A stretch of DNA of 64,000 bases from Spirochaetota bacterium (GTDB lineage Bacteria; Spirochaetota; UBA6919; CBDBPB01), in NCBI GenBank assembly GCA_965208615.1, contig CBDBPB010000007.1, positions 160,001 through 224,000 of the forward strand. Direction: 5' to 3'. The position numbers and the translations under genes are program-made. The notes under the pieces were generated by a model. That model made no database searches and was not told the DNA's origin. It worked only from the letters and a program-made list of their open reading frames with translations. Positions 8,054-16,101 of the stretch are shown here, piece after piece; the first letter of the stretch is position 1, and each line of letters starts with the position of its first letter.

Positions 8054-8239
8054 ATGGCAAACAAAAAGGAACTTTTAACAATAAAAGAGGCAGAGCTGAA
8101 GTACAGGATAGGGCGTAATACTTTATACAGTCTATATGAAGATGGGCTGATTAAGGGTTATAAGCCGGGCAAAAAGAAGATTTTTCTTTATAAGGATAGC
8201 ATAGAAAAATATTTGTTAGGCAAGTCGAACATAAATTGA
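8054..8239 (+). CDS. Excisionase/MerR-like winged-helix DNA-binding protein
   Basis: LLTIKEA-IGRNTLY-GLIKGYK-IFLYKDSIEKYL pattern, 61 aa. Confidence 0.85.
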   Translation: MANKKELLTIKEAELKYRIGRNTLYSLYEDGLIKGYKPGKKKIFLYKDSIEKYLLGKSNIN

Positions 8240-8322
8240 CAATAGTTGTCATTTTCTTCATTTTTTTATTACGAATCTTTTTCTTAAAGATTCGTATATA
8301 AGCTAGTTAAACTTTATTTTTT

Positions 8323-8354
8323 AATAAAGCCCCTCTATATAGAGGGGTTTTATT
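8323..8354. terminator. Bidirectional intrinsic terminator
   Basis: aataaagcccctct-atat-agaggggttttatt between convergent genes. Confidence 0.75.
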
Positions 8355-8612
8355 TTATTAAGGAAAGTATAAATTGTTAATTACAAGGCATTTATAATAT
8401 ATACTTTATAGCAGTTATGCAAAAACAGCTCTCACTCTTTAGAGCAGGAGTTTAATCAAAAAGACAAAAAAACTAAAGAAATCATTTTTATATAAACAAG
8501 CAAATTTACAGCCGTATTCTTTCAAAAAATAGCTCCCTCTCCCAGAGGATTAGGAGCTTATGTGTCAAGTAATGCAGAGTTTTTTTTATAAATTTAGTAA
8601 TATTTCTAACTG

Positions 8613-9041
8613 CTAAGCGAGTTTTAGCATTACATCTATTTGTTTTTTATCGGCATTTTGTTCTTCTTTTTTATAGTGTAGAAAAAGGTTTACAATTTGC
8701 TCAGCCTTTTTCATTGGATCAATTTTAGCATTTAATTCTACGCATGCTTTTTCGGATAAATATATAATTTCAGTGAGTAAATCTATATCATTATTGTCAA
8801 TTTCATTATTTTCTTCATTGACAGCAAACATGGTACCAGAGCCAGTTAGGAGCCAATTTATACTTACGTTATATGTTTTTATGAGGTCAGCAAGCTGATG
8901 GAAGTTTAAGACACTTTCTCCACGTTCAACTCTGCTCAAGAAAGTCTGTTTTACCTTTATAGCATTGGCAACTTCTTCTTGTTTTATGTTTAGCATTTTT
9001 CTAAAATATTTAATTCTGTATCCTGGGTTCATACTATGCAC
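8613..9041 (-). CDS. XRE/CI-like repressor
   Basis: RIKYFR-QEEVA-QTFLSRVERG-NVSINWLLTGSGTM HTH signature. Confidence 0.9.
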   Translation of the reverse strand: MHSMNPGYRIKYFRKMLNIKQEEVANAIKVKQTFLSRVERGESVLNFHQLADLIKTYNVSINWLLTGSGTMFAVNEENNEIDNNDIDLLTEIIYLSEKACVELNAKIDPMKKAEQIVNLFLHYKKEEQNADKKQIDVMLKLA

Positions 9042-9080
9042 TCAAAATGTAAAAAAAAAAGAATTTATACACAAAATCCC

Positions 9081-9139
9081 TTGACTTTTAGAACTTAAAG
9101 TTATATATTAACAACTTCTTAAGCTTTAGAAATTTAAGG
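9081..9139 (+). promoter_or_regulatory. Early promoter with two candidate operators
   Basis: TTGACT-N17-TATATT (9081-9109); related imperfect palindromes CTTTTAGAACTTAAAG (9085) and CTTTAGAAATTTAAGG (9124). Confidence 0.6.
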
Positions 9140-9150
9140 TCTAAAATAAC

Positions 9151-9184
9151 TTCTCATTATGTAATCTAATTCTCATTATGTAAT
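9151..9184 (+). repeat. 15-bp direct repeat x2 (ttctcattatgtaat)
   Basis: Copies at 9151 and 9170. Confidence 0.8.
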
Positions 9185-9243
9185 GTAACCTAATATGCCA
9201 GAAAAGCAAGTTATTTTTTTTAAAAATAAAATATGGAGGTTAT

Positions 9244-9339
9244 ATGAGTTTTTATAGCTATAAAAAATATAAGAATACAAAGGGCAAAAAGTGTATTAAC
9301 CATAAGATATTACTAATTTTAATCATGCTTGTAATCTAA
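9244..9339 (+). CDS. 31-aa basic peptide with hydrophobic C-terminus
   Basis: SD GGAGGT, then MSFYSYKKYKNTKGKKCINHKILLILIMLVI; read manually. Confidence 0.35.
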   Translation: MSFYSYKKYKNTKGKKCINHKILLILIMLVI

Positions 9340-9354
9340 TATATTTTTTTAACC

Positions 9355-9774
9355 ATGTTTTACCAATTAAAACTAAAAAAAACTAAAATATTAAAAAAAT
9401 ATAACCTAATCAGCTTGCTACAAAAAGAATTAGGTTTATCCGCCAGTAGCTGTTATAAATTTCTTTTAAAAAAAGAATCTATAGGTTTTCTGAAAAAGAA
9501 AAACCTCTTAAACAAAGAAATCGAAATCTTGAACACTCCAATATTAAAAGAAGGATCTCTTAAAAAACAGGAGCGTAGCTTTTTAACTATTTGTCTTATG
9601 GATTTGTTAAACAATAATCCAAAGATTTTCTCTAAAGAAGAGTGGAAGAGACTTATAAAAATACGCCTTAGAAGGGCTAACCTTAAATATGATAGTAAAA
9701 TAGATGATTGCTCAGAAAAAGAACTACACGAGCTTTCTGAAAAGCTTTATCTAAAAGGATATAAAGGAGAATAA
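9355..9774 (+). CDS. Hypothetical phage early protein
   Basis: 139 aa basic ORF coupled to the next gene. Confidence 0.5.
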   Translation: MFYQLKLKKTKILKKYNLISLLQKELGLSASSCYKFLLKKESIGFLKKKNLLNKEIEILNTPILKEGSLKKQERSFLTICLMDLLNNNPKIFSKEEWKRLIKIRLRRANLKYDSKIDDCSEKELHELSEKLYLKGYKGE

Positions 9775-9775
9775 C

Positions 9776-10627
9776 ATGGAAAATGATACTGTGAATAACG
9801 GTTTAATAGTAGACGGCCTTATAGAAGGCGTTATGGAAGAGGATATTACAGATGATATAACGGAGAGTTCTATTGAGGAACAGGCAAAGCATACTATAAA
9901 AGATAGCCTAACGGATGGTTTAGTGTTCCATCCTGATAAAACTGCGGGAATAATAAGGGAACTCCATGCTAAAACGCTACTCAGCATTCTCGAAATTGGA
10001 AGGCATTTACTGGTCGCCAAAGAGCGTCTTAATCACGGTGAGTTCGGCCGCTGGATAGAGGATCGATGCGGATTTTCTTATAGCACGGCTAGGAGCTATA
10101 TGCAGATGACCAAGATAGGCTATCTACATAAAAATGAGATAGTTAACATGAAGGCAAGTGCATTTAGGTCAATAGCGAAGGGCAAACTGCCCCCTGATCT
10201 TTTTGGTGAGGTCATGAAAACGGGTATGATAAACGATAAGGAGATTTCTAATATGTCTACAAAAGAGATTGAAAATGAGATTGAAAAATTAAAATCCGAG
10301 ATTGACAAAGAGATAGACAGGCGTATGGATGCTGAAAAGACTTTGGAGATCAGTAAAAACATCTTAGAGGAAAAGGATAAGGAAATATCTAGCCTGGAAA
10401 GCAAGCTGGATAAGCTAAAGAGCCCTGATAAGCAATACGAACTCCACTTTGAACAAACTCAGGATATTATATCCGAGGCGATTTTTAACGTCCAAAAGGC
10501 GAGTTTAAAGTCTCCAAAGCCTAATGACGCTCTTAGTCTTCTGTCTTCCTTAATCATAGCGACAAACAGGCTGGGGGAAGAGTGGGGCGTTAAATGGGAC
10601 GATAAAAGTTTTATAAGCAGAAATTAA
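9776..10627 (+). CDS. DUF3102-like phage protein with coiled coil
   Basis: EIGRHLLVAKERLNHGEFGRWIE-FSYSTARSYM motif. Confidence 0.8.
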   Translation: MENDTVNNGLIVDGLIEGVMEEDITDDITESSIEEQAKHTIKDSLTDGLVFHPDKTAGIIRELHAKTLLSILEIGRHLLVAKERLNHGEFGRWIEDRCGFSYSTARSYMQMTKIGYLHKNEIVNMKASAFRSIAKGKLPPDLFGEVMKTGMINDKEISNMSTKEIENEIEKLKSEIDKEIDRRMDAEKTLEISKNILEEKDKEISSLESKLDKLKSPDKQYELHFEQTQDIISEAIFNVQKASLKSPKPNDALSLLSSLIIATNRLGEEWGVKWDDKSFISRN

Positions 10628-10654
10628 GTGTTAAAAGGGTTATAAGGGGTTATT

Positions 10655-11023
10655 ATGCCTATGATGAACTCTATAACCAGCAAGCAAATAGCCAAAATAT
10701 GGTCTTATTCCAATGAGCTTGGCCTAAGCCTGGGTGAGTTGCATAATATAGTAAATACCTTCTTCAGAAAGCCTCTAAGACAGCTATCCGAGGAGGAGGC
10801 ACATAGGCTTATGACATTATTATCTAAATATAGAAAGCCTAATAAGATAGTTAATTTAATTAGTCCCACACAAAGAAAAAGGATACTCAATCTTAAGTCC
10901 AGCCTTAGCTGGACAGAGAATGAGCTAAACTGCTTCTCTATAAAGCTGACTGGTAAACCTTATAGTAAGCTTACCCAAGAGAAGGCATATAGACTAATAA
11001 AAGGTTTAAAATCTTTGTTTTAA
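10655..11023 (+). CDS. Mu GemA/gp16 (DUF1018)-like regulatory protein
   Basis: ITSKQIAKIW-LGL-LRQLSEEEAHRLM unit duplicated as ISPTQRKRI-LTQEKAYRLIKGLK. Confidence 0.7.
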   Translation: MPMMNSITSKQIAKIWSYSNELGLSLGELHNIVNTFFRKPLRQLSEEEAHRLMTLLSKYRKPNKIVNLISPTQRKRILNLKSSLSWTENELNCFSIKLTGKPYSKLTQEKAYRLIKGLKSLF

Positions 11024-11264
11024 AAAACTTATTTGATTTTAACCATTTATATATAAAAACAAAAATAAATGGATCTTTATTAGTAAAAAAGTAATTTTTT
11101 TTATTTTTATCAAATTGATAAAATTTATCATTATGAATTCTTGATGTATTTTTGTACGGTGGATAACTTGTTATATTTATAATAAGTTAGCTTAATCTTT
11201 TATAAAAAAAAACAAAGTTACGCTGATATTTATTAGCAAAAAAAAATAAAATTACAAATTTTAG

Positions 11265-11293
11265 TTGACTTTAATGTTATATAGTTATATAAT
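11265..11293 (+). promoter_or_regulatory. Sigma70 promoter for the RNA/tRNA operon
   Basis: TTGACT-N17-TATAAT. Confidence 0.8.
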
Positions 11294-11390
11294 AAATATA
11301 TTAATTTATATACATAGTTAAATATACTAATAAAGAAATAGTGTTTACGTGTTATTATGTGTATGATTAATATGTAGTTAGAGAGAGGTT

Positions 11391-11568
11391 CAGGCAGTTT
11401 ATGCCTGCTTACCAATGGGTAATCCTAACGCTTACCGATAGGCGATATGGCTAATCGTTTACAGCGAGGCAACTGTGCGATTAGTCAGCTTTTTCAGGGA
11501 ATATCCTGCTTACCGATAGGACAATATTTCCCTTAGTGACAGATTGTTAAAGAGGGTTTGTTTACTGA
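11391..11568 (+). ncRNA. Candidate structured RNA with three GCUUACCRAURGG repeats
   Basis: GC-richer island with several stems using G-U pairs; repeats at 11407, 11430 and 11508; no family recognised. Confidence 0.5.
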
Positions 11569-11593
11569 TAATGTTTTATTAGTGAAATTTAGT

Positions 11594-11666
11594 CGGGGTG
11601 TAGCTCAGTTGGCAGAGTGCTGGTTTTGGGAACCAGTTGTCGGAGGTTCAAGTCCTCTCACCCCGA
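11594..11666 (+). tRNA. tRNA-Pro(TGG)
   Basis: Cloverleaf; anticodon arm ctggt-tttggga-accag. Confidence 0.95.
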
Positions 11667-11671
11667 AAAAA

Positions 11672-11745
11672 GGGCCGGTAGCTCAGCTGGATAGAGCAAC
11701 AGCCTTCTAAGCTGTGGGTCGCAGGTTCGAATCTTGCTCGGCTCA
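11672..11745 (+). tRNA. tRNA-Arg(TCT)
   Basis: Anticodon arm acagc-cttctaa-gctgt. Confidence 0.95.
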
Positions 11746-11749
11746 GTAT

Positions 11750-11821
11750 GGGGAGTGTAGTTCAATGGTAGAGCATTAGATTGTGGTTCTAATAACGCGG
11801 GTTCAATTCCCGTCATTCCCC
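11750..11821 (+). tRNA. tRNA-His(GTG)
   Basis: Anticodon arm ttaga-ttgtggt-tctaa; G-1/C73. Confidence 0.95.
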
Positions 11822-11827
11822 CAGTAG

Positions 11828-11901
11828 GCCTTCGTAGCTCAACTGGATAGAGCATCTGACTTCGGATCAGAGGGTTGAAGGTTCAAATCCTTCCGAGGGT
11901 A
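11828..11901 (+). tRNA. tRNA-Arg(TCG)
   Basis: Anticodon arm tctga-cttcgga-tcaga. Confidence 0.95.
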
Positions 11902-11903
11902 GA

Positions 11904-11976
11904 GGGCCGTTAGCTCATTTGGTAGAGCAACTGACTCTTAATCAGTTGGTGGGAGGTTCGAGCCCTCCACGGCTCA
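11904..11976 (+). tRNA. tRNA-Lys(CTT)
   Basis: Anticodon arm actga-ctcttaa-tcagt. Confidence 0.95.
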
Positions 11977-11980
11977 AAAA

Positions 11981-12061
11981 GCGAGAGTGGTGGAACTGGT
12001 AGACACGCAAGACTTAGAATCTTGTGCCTTTGGTGTGTGGGTTCAACTCCCACCTCTCGCA
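11981..12061 (+). tRNA. tRNA-Leu(TAG)
   Basis: Anticodon arm caaga-cttagaa-tcttg; long variable arm. Confidence 0.95.
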
Positions 12062-12062
12062 T

Positions 12063-12134
12063 GCGGGAATAGTTCAGCGGTAGAACAGTACCTTGCCAAG
12101 GTGAAGGTCGCGGGTTCAAATCCCGTTTCCCGCT
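12063..12134 (+). tRNA. tRNA-Gly(GCC)
   Basis: GCGGGAA acceptor stem; anticodon loop ttgccaa. Confidence 0.95.
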
Positions 12135-12203
12135 ATTTGCTTTTTTTTTCCAAAAATGAATTTTCTTCGGTATAAAAATTAAAAATTATTTGTTATTAAT
12201 TAT

Positions 12204-13514
12204 ATGCTATCAAACATGATTGAAACTAAAATTGAAAAAATGGATAATGCCAAAGTTAAGCTCTTTATCAACGTTCCAGCCGAGATCGTTAATAGAGAAT
12301 TCTCTAATGGCTGTATGAATATCGCTAAAAAGATTAGTATGCCAGGGTTTAGACGAGGAAAAGTCCCCAGTAATATTATCAAAAAACGATTCGGGGATAA
12401 TCTTAAAATTGAGGTTTTTAATAATATTGTCAATCTCGCTGTGACAGAAGCTTGCAAAAAAGAAAACCTTAGTTTTATCAACATAGATCTCGTTGATAAC
12501 TCTGCCTTTACTAAACTCGATGAAAACTGCCCCCTGCCCATAGAAGCCGTTTTGGAACTCTATCCATGGGTCGACGTTGCACCCTATACTAACTTGAAAA
12601 TCGAAACTTCTAAATATGTGTTCAACGAAAAAGACGCCCTGAACAAACTTAAAGAGTTTCAGGAAAAGGCATCCGAAATAGTTAAGAGCGAGGATCCTGT
12701 TGAAGACAGCAATATACTGGATATTAATTATAAGTTCTATCTCGTAGATAAAAGTGAACCCTATGAAAATATCGTCTGGAACATGAATGAAGATAACTGG
12801 CTCTCTGAAATCAAGACTGAGATTATTGGTATGAGGATTGGTCAAGAAAAAAATATTGCTATAAAAATCCCCGATACCTGTAAGGATGAAGGTCTTAGGG
12901 CTAAGCAGGGTTTTGTTTACATTAAGATTAGCGGTGTGGAAAAGATAGTCTTGCCTCCTATTAACGATGATCTGGCTCTGGACTTCGGTTTTGACAATAT
13001 AGAAAAGGCTAAAGCTTCTATAGAAGACTCATTAAAAGATATTTGTGATCGTGAAACTCGTAATCTTGCATACAAAAAGATAATGGAAAAAATAACTGAT
13101 GAATCGACCTTTAGCATTGGGAATAAGGCTATAGACTTCCAGGTTGACAGCTATATTGATAGGCTTAAATCAAACTTCAAAAGCGAGGATGACTTTCAGC
13201 TCTACTTAAATAGTATAAATAAGTCCATGAATAACCTTAGAAGCGAAATTAAAGATGACAGCGAAAAGAATATTAAAACTAGCCTGATTAGGGATAACAT
13301 TATCAAAGATAACTCCATTGAACTAAACGATGACGACCTCTCTAAAATACTCTCGGATTATAAATATAATATATCCCTGGATGAGGCAAAATTATCCAAC
13401 TCTGGCGACATGAAAACTATTAAAGAATTAAAACTTTATGATAAACTAATGGATTATTTGCTAAATAACAATGAAATAGAATATATAAATGAATTATCCA
13501 TCTCTAAGGTCTAA
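12204..13514 (+). CDS. tig: Trigger factor
   Basis: PGFRRGKVP ribosome-binding motif, FKBP-like middle domain, 436 aa. Confidence 0.92.
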   Translation: MLSNMIETKIEKMDNAKVKLFINVPAEIVNREFSNGCMNIAKKISMPGFRRGKVPSNIIKKRFGDNLKIEVFNNIVNLAVTEACKKENLSFINIDLVDNSAFTKLDENCPLPIEAVLELYPWVDVAPYTNLKIETSKYVFNEKDALNKLKEFQEKASEIVKSEDPVEDSNILDINYKFYLVDKSEPYENIVWNMNEDNWLSEIKTEIIGMRIGQEKNIAIKIPDTCKDEGLRAKQGFVYIKISGVEKIVLPPINDDLALDFGFDNIEKAKASIEDSLKDICDRETRNLAYKKIMEKITDESTFSIGNKAIDFQVDSYIDRLKSNFKSEDDFQLYLNSINKSMNNLRSEIKDDSEKNIKTSLIRDNIIKDNSIELNDDDLSKILSDYKYNISLDEAKLSNSGDMKTIKELKLYDKLMDYLLNNNEIEYINELSISKV

Positions 13515-14782
13515 CTTTTTTTAATTTGTCTGCCTTCAAACTAAAAACTTAAACTATACTATAACACTTTTATTATAATAAAATAGAGCGTTTAATAATA
13601 ATGTTATTTAATTATTAAGTGTTATTTTTTATTTATAAGCTCCCCATAAAAAATATTAAGGATTCACAGTGAAAATAAAAGTTAATTATATGAACTTATT
13701 ATATTTATTATTTATTTTATTATATCTAATCGGCTGTAAGCCTATAGATATGAGACCAACTATAGAAGTAGATGTTACAAATATAGATAACGTAACATTA
13801 AATAAAGTCCAACAAACAAAACTATACGACTATACAAAGAATGCTGTTAAAGCATGGGAATCAAATATACCTAACGCTAACTATACTACAAAAAGGATGC
13901 TTATAAAAAAAGGTAATAATATGCATTTAAGGCCAAGCTTTTGGGTTACTTTAGCAGATTATCATTGTAATGGTCATGGAATATCAGAGCTAGAAAAAAA
14001 ATACTGTAACTTTACTCCTAAGACACTGGGGATAACAGTAATAACCACTTACGGCAACATAATAGACAGTGCAACTGTTATAATAAATAAGGCAAAGTTT
14101 GAAGAGTTTGAAAATGAAAATGAAAATAAAAATAAAAATAAAAATCAAATAATAATGACTCATGAAATAGGACATCTTCTTGGTTTACGACACCCAAACA
14201 GGCTTCCCCCTACCCGTACCCCTATCCCTAGTTTAGAGTCACTATCTGGCCTAATAGACCTTAGAAGTCTTATTATGTATAGCCATTTAAGTCCAGCTAT
14301 CCCTAATATACCCCATGACTACGAACTTCAAGCAATAAAAGGAGTTTATGGTGGTAATGGTTATACACAATACCCGGGTTATAAAACTATTAATATTAAT
14401 AAACCTATTAATAATATAAATGTATTTATCAAAGATTTTTATTATCAATTTTATGAATATCCTTATTATCATCCCTGGCGTATAAAAACAAAGCCGCAGA
14501 TTTATGTATATGGAAAACCAAGTCGAACAAAAAGGTCTGCTAAACTCGAAGATAGTTATATAATAGATGATAGCCTTAAGGATAAAGAAAGAAAGGTACA
14601 CGTTATAGATAACTAGTCTATTAAAAAACCTACTAAAATTGACCTTTTTTAAGGTCTAACTTTTTTTAAATATTTCTACCTTAAAACTAAAAACTTAAAC
14701 TATACTAGAACGTTTTTATTATAAAAAAATAGAGCGTTTAATAATAAGATTATAGTCTATTAAAAAACCTACTAAAATTGAC
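13505..14782 (+). repeat. Interleaved direct repeats A (13505-13601, about 14650-14747) and B (14614-14643 = 14753-14782) around a protease gene
   Basis: A is about 97 bp and imperfect; B is an exact 30-mer, tagtctattaaaaaacctactaaaattgac. Confidence 0.85.
13669..14616 (+). CDS. Lipoprotein zinc metalloprotease (metzincin/matrixin-like)
   Basis: Lipobox LIGC; HEIGHLLGLRH; Met-turn SLIMY. Confidence 0.85.
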   Translation: MKIKVNYMNLLYLLFILLYLIGCKPIDMRPTIEVDVTNIDNVTLNKVQQTKLYDYTKNAVKAWESNIPNANYTTKRMLIKKGNNMHLRPSFWVTLADYHCNGHGISELEKKYCNFTPKTLGITVITTYGNIIDSATVIINKAKFEEFENENENKNKNKNQIIMTHEIGHLLGLRHPNRLPPTRTPIPSLESLSGLIDLRSLIMYSHLSPAIPNIPHDYELQAIKGVYGGNGYTQYPGYKTININKPINNINVFIKDFYYQFYEYPYYHPWRIKTKPQIYVYGKPSRTKRSAKLEDSYIIDDSLKDKERKVHVIDN

Positions 14783-14871
14783 TTTACCTAAAAAATATTA
14801 TATCCTTATTTTCTAGCTTCTAAAAAAACAAGCTAGAATAAATATTTACACAAACAAATATAGAGAGATAT

Positions 14872-16071
14872 ATGACCATAGAACAAGAGCTAAATGTTTT
14901 AACAAGAGGAGTAGTAGAGGTTATCCCAGAGAATGGCCTTAAAGATAAGCTTATAAAGGCTAAAAAAGAACAAAGACCTCTTATTGTTAAGTTGGGAGCT
15001 GATCCTACTGCTCCGGATATACACCTAGGGCATACTGTAGTTTTAAAAAAGCTAAAAGACTTTCAAACTTTTGGTCATAAGGTTATATTCCTAATTGGCG
15101 ACTTTACCAGTATGATTGGTGATCCAAGTGGAAAGTCTAAGACGAGAAGGCCCCTTACTAAAAAAGAAGTTGAGGAAAATGCTAAAACTTATGAGAGTCA
15201 GATTTTTAAGATACTTGATCCTAAAAAAACACAGATACGCTTTAACAGCGAGTGGAACGCTAAATTAACCTTTGAGGATGTTATTAGATTAACTTCTAAT
15301 ACTACCGTAGCCCAGATGCTGGAAAGGGATGACTTTAAAAAGCGTTATCAAAAAGGTAATTCTATTACTATTACTGAGTTTTTATACGGCATTATCCAAG
15401 GATATGATTCTGTTGCACTTAAGGCTGATATAGAGCTTGGAGGCACGGATCAGAAGTTTAACCTGTTATTAGCAAGAGACCTACAAAGAGAACTCAATCA
15501 GGAACCACAAACTGCCGTTATTATGCCAATATTAGAGGGATTAGACGGTGTAAATAAGATGAGTAAATCCCTTGATAATTATATTGGGATTAGTGATTCA
15601 GCTGATGATATGTTTGGTAAGATTATGTCTATTAGCGATGACATGATAATTAGATATTTTACTCTTCTCACCGATGTTAGCTTATCAGAGATTGATAGGC
15701 TTAATAACAGTATGAAAAATGGAACTAATCCCAGGGATATAAAAGTTATGCTGGCTAAAGAGGTTATTACTAGCTATTATAACGAAAAAGAGGCTAATCA
15801 GGCTTATAATAATTTTAACAAAGTTTTTGTAAAGAAAGCATTACCCAGTGAAATACCAGAGTATAAAATCGAAGAAGACGAAATATGGATAATTGAACTC
15901 CTTAATAAAACTGGTATAACGTTGTCTAAGAGCGATGCAAGACGCTTAGTAAAACAAGGCGGGGTATATATAGACAGTAAAAGGGTTAGTGATGAGAAAT
16001 TAATTCTTAAAATAAAGAGTGGAATGGTTATTAAAGCCGGTAAGAGAAGGTTTTTAAGGTTGATAAAATAA
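14872..16071 (+). CDS. tyrS: Tyrosine--tRNA ligase
   Basis: DPTAPDIHLGH, KMSKS, C-terminal S4 domain. Confidence 0.97.
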   Translation: MTIEQELNVLTRGVVEVIPENGLKDKLIKAKKEQRPLIVKLGADPTAPDIHLGHTVVLKKLKDFQTFGHKVIFLIGDFTSMIGDPSGKSKTRRPLTKKEVEENAKTYESQIFKILDPKKTQIRFNSEWNAKLTFEDVIRLTSNTTVAQMLERDDFKKRYQKGNSITITEFLYGIIQGYDSVALKADIELGGTDQKFNLLLARDLQRELNQEPQTAVIMPILEGLDGVNKMSKSLDNYIGISDSADDMFGKIMSISDDMIIRYFTLLTDVSLSEIDRLNNSMKNGTNPRDIKVMLAKEVITSYYNEKEANQAYNNFNKVFVKKALPSEIPEYKIEEDEIWIIELLNKTGITLSKSDARRLVKQGGVYIDSKRVSDEKLILKIKSGMVIKAGKRRFLRLIK

Positions 16072-16101
16072 GGCTTATATACAAATGTTCAGGAATAAAA
16101 A

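Larger units (their letters stand above)
1..11023. mobile_element. Phage-derived island (Mu-like regulatory genes, lysis cassette, contractile tail genes); no head, packaging or transposase genes in view; continues beyond the left edge
   Basis: Cluster of sheath, tube, M15 endolysin, holin-like, XRE repressor, DUF3102-like and GemA-like ORFs ending before a tRNA cluster. Boundaries are approximate and no att or Mu ends were recognised. Confidence 0.8.

Noticed and set aside
11159-11192. DnaA-box-like ggtggataa and adjacent AT palindrome as an origin or dif site
   Set aside because: Single imperfect box; the palindrome lacks a clear XerC/XerD consensus.
11024-11666. tRNA-Pro as the prophage attachment site, or a Mu end
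   Set aside because: No integrase, no duplicated tRNA 3' end in the window, the island lies on the 5' side of the tRNAs, and no convincing transposase-binding repeats.
11658-12175. ORFs overlapping the tRNA cluster
   Set aside because: Spurious translations of tRNA genes.
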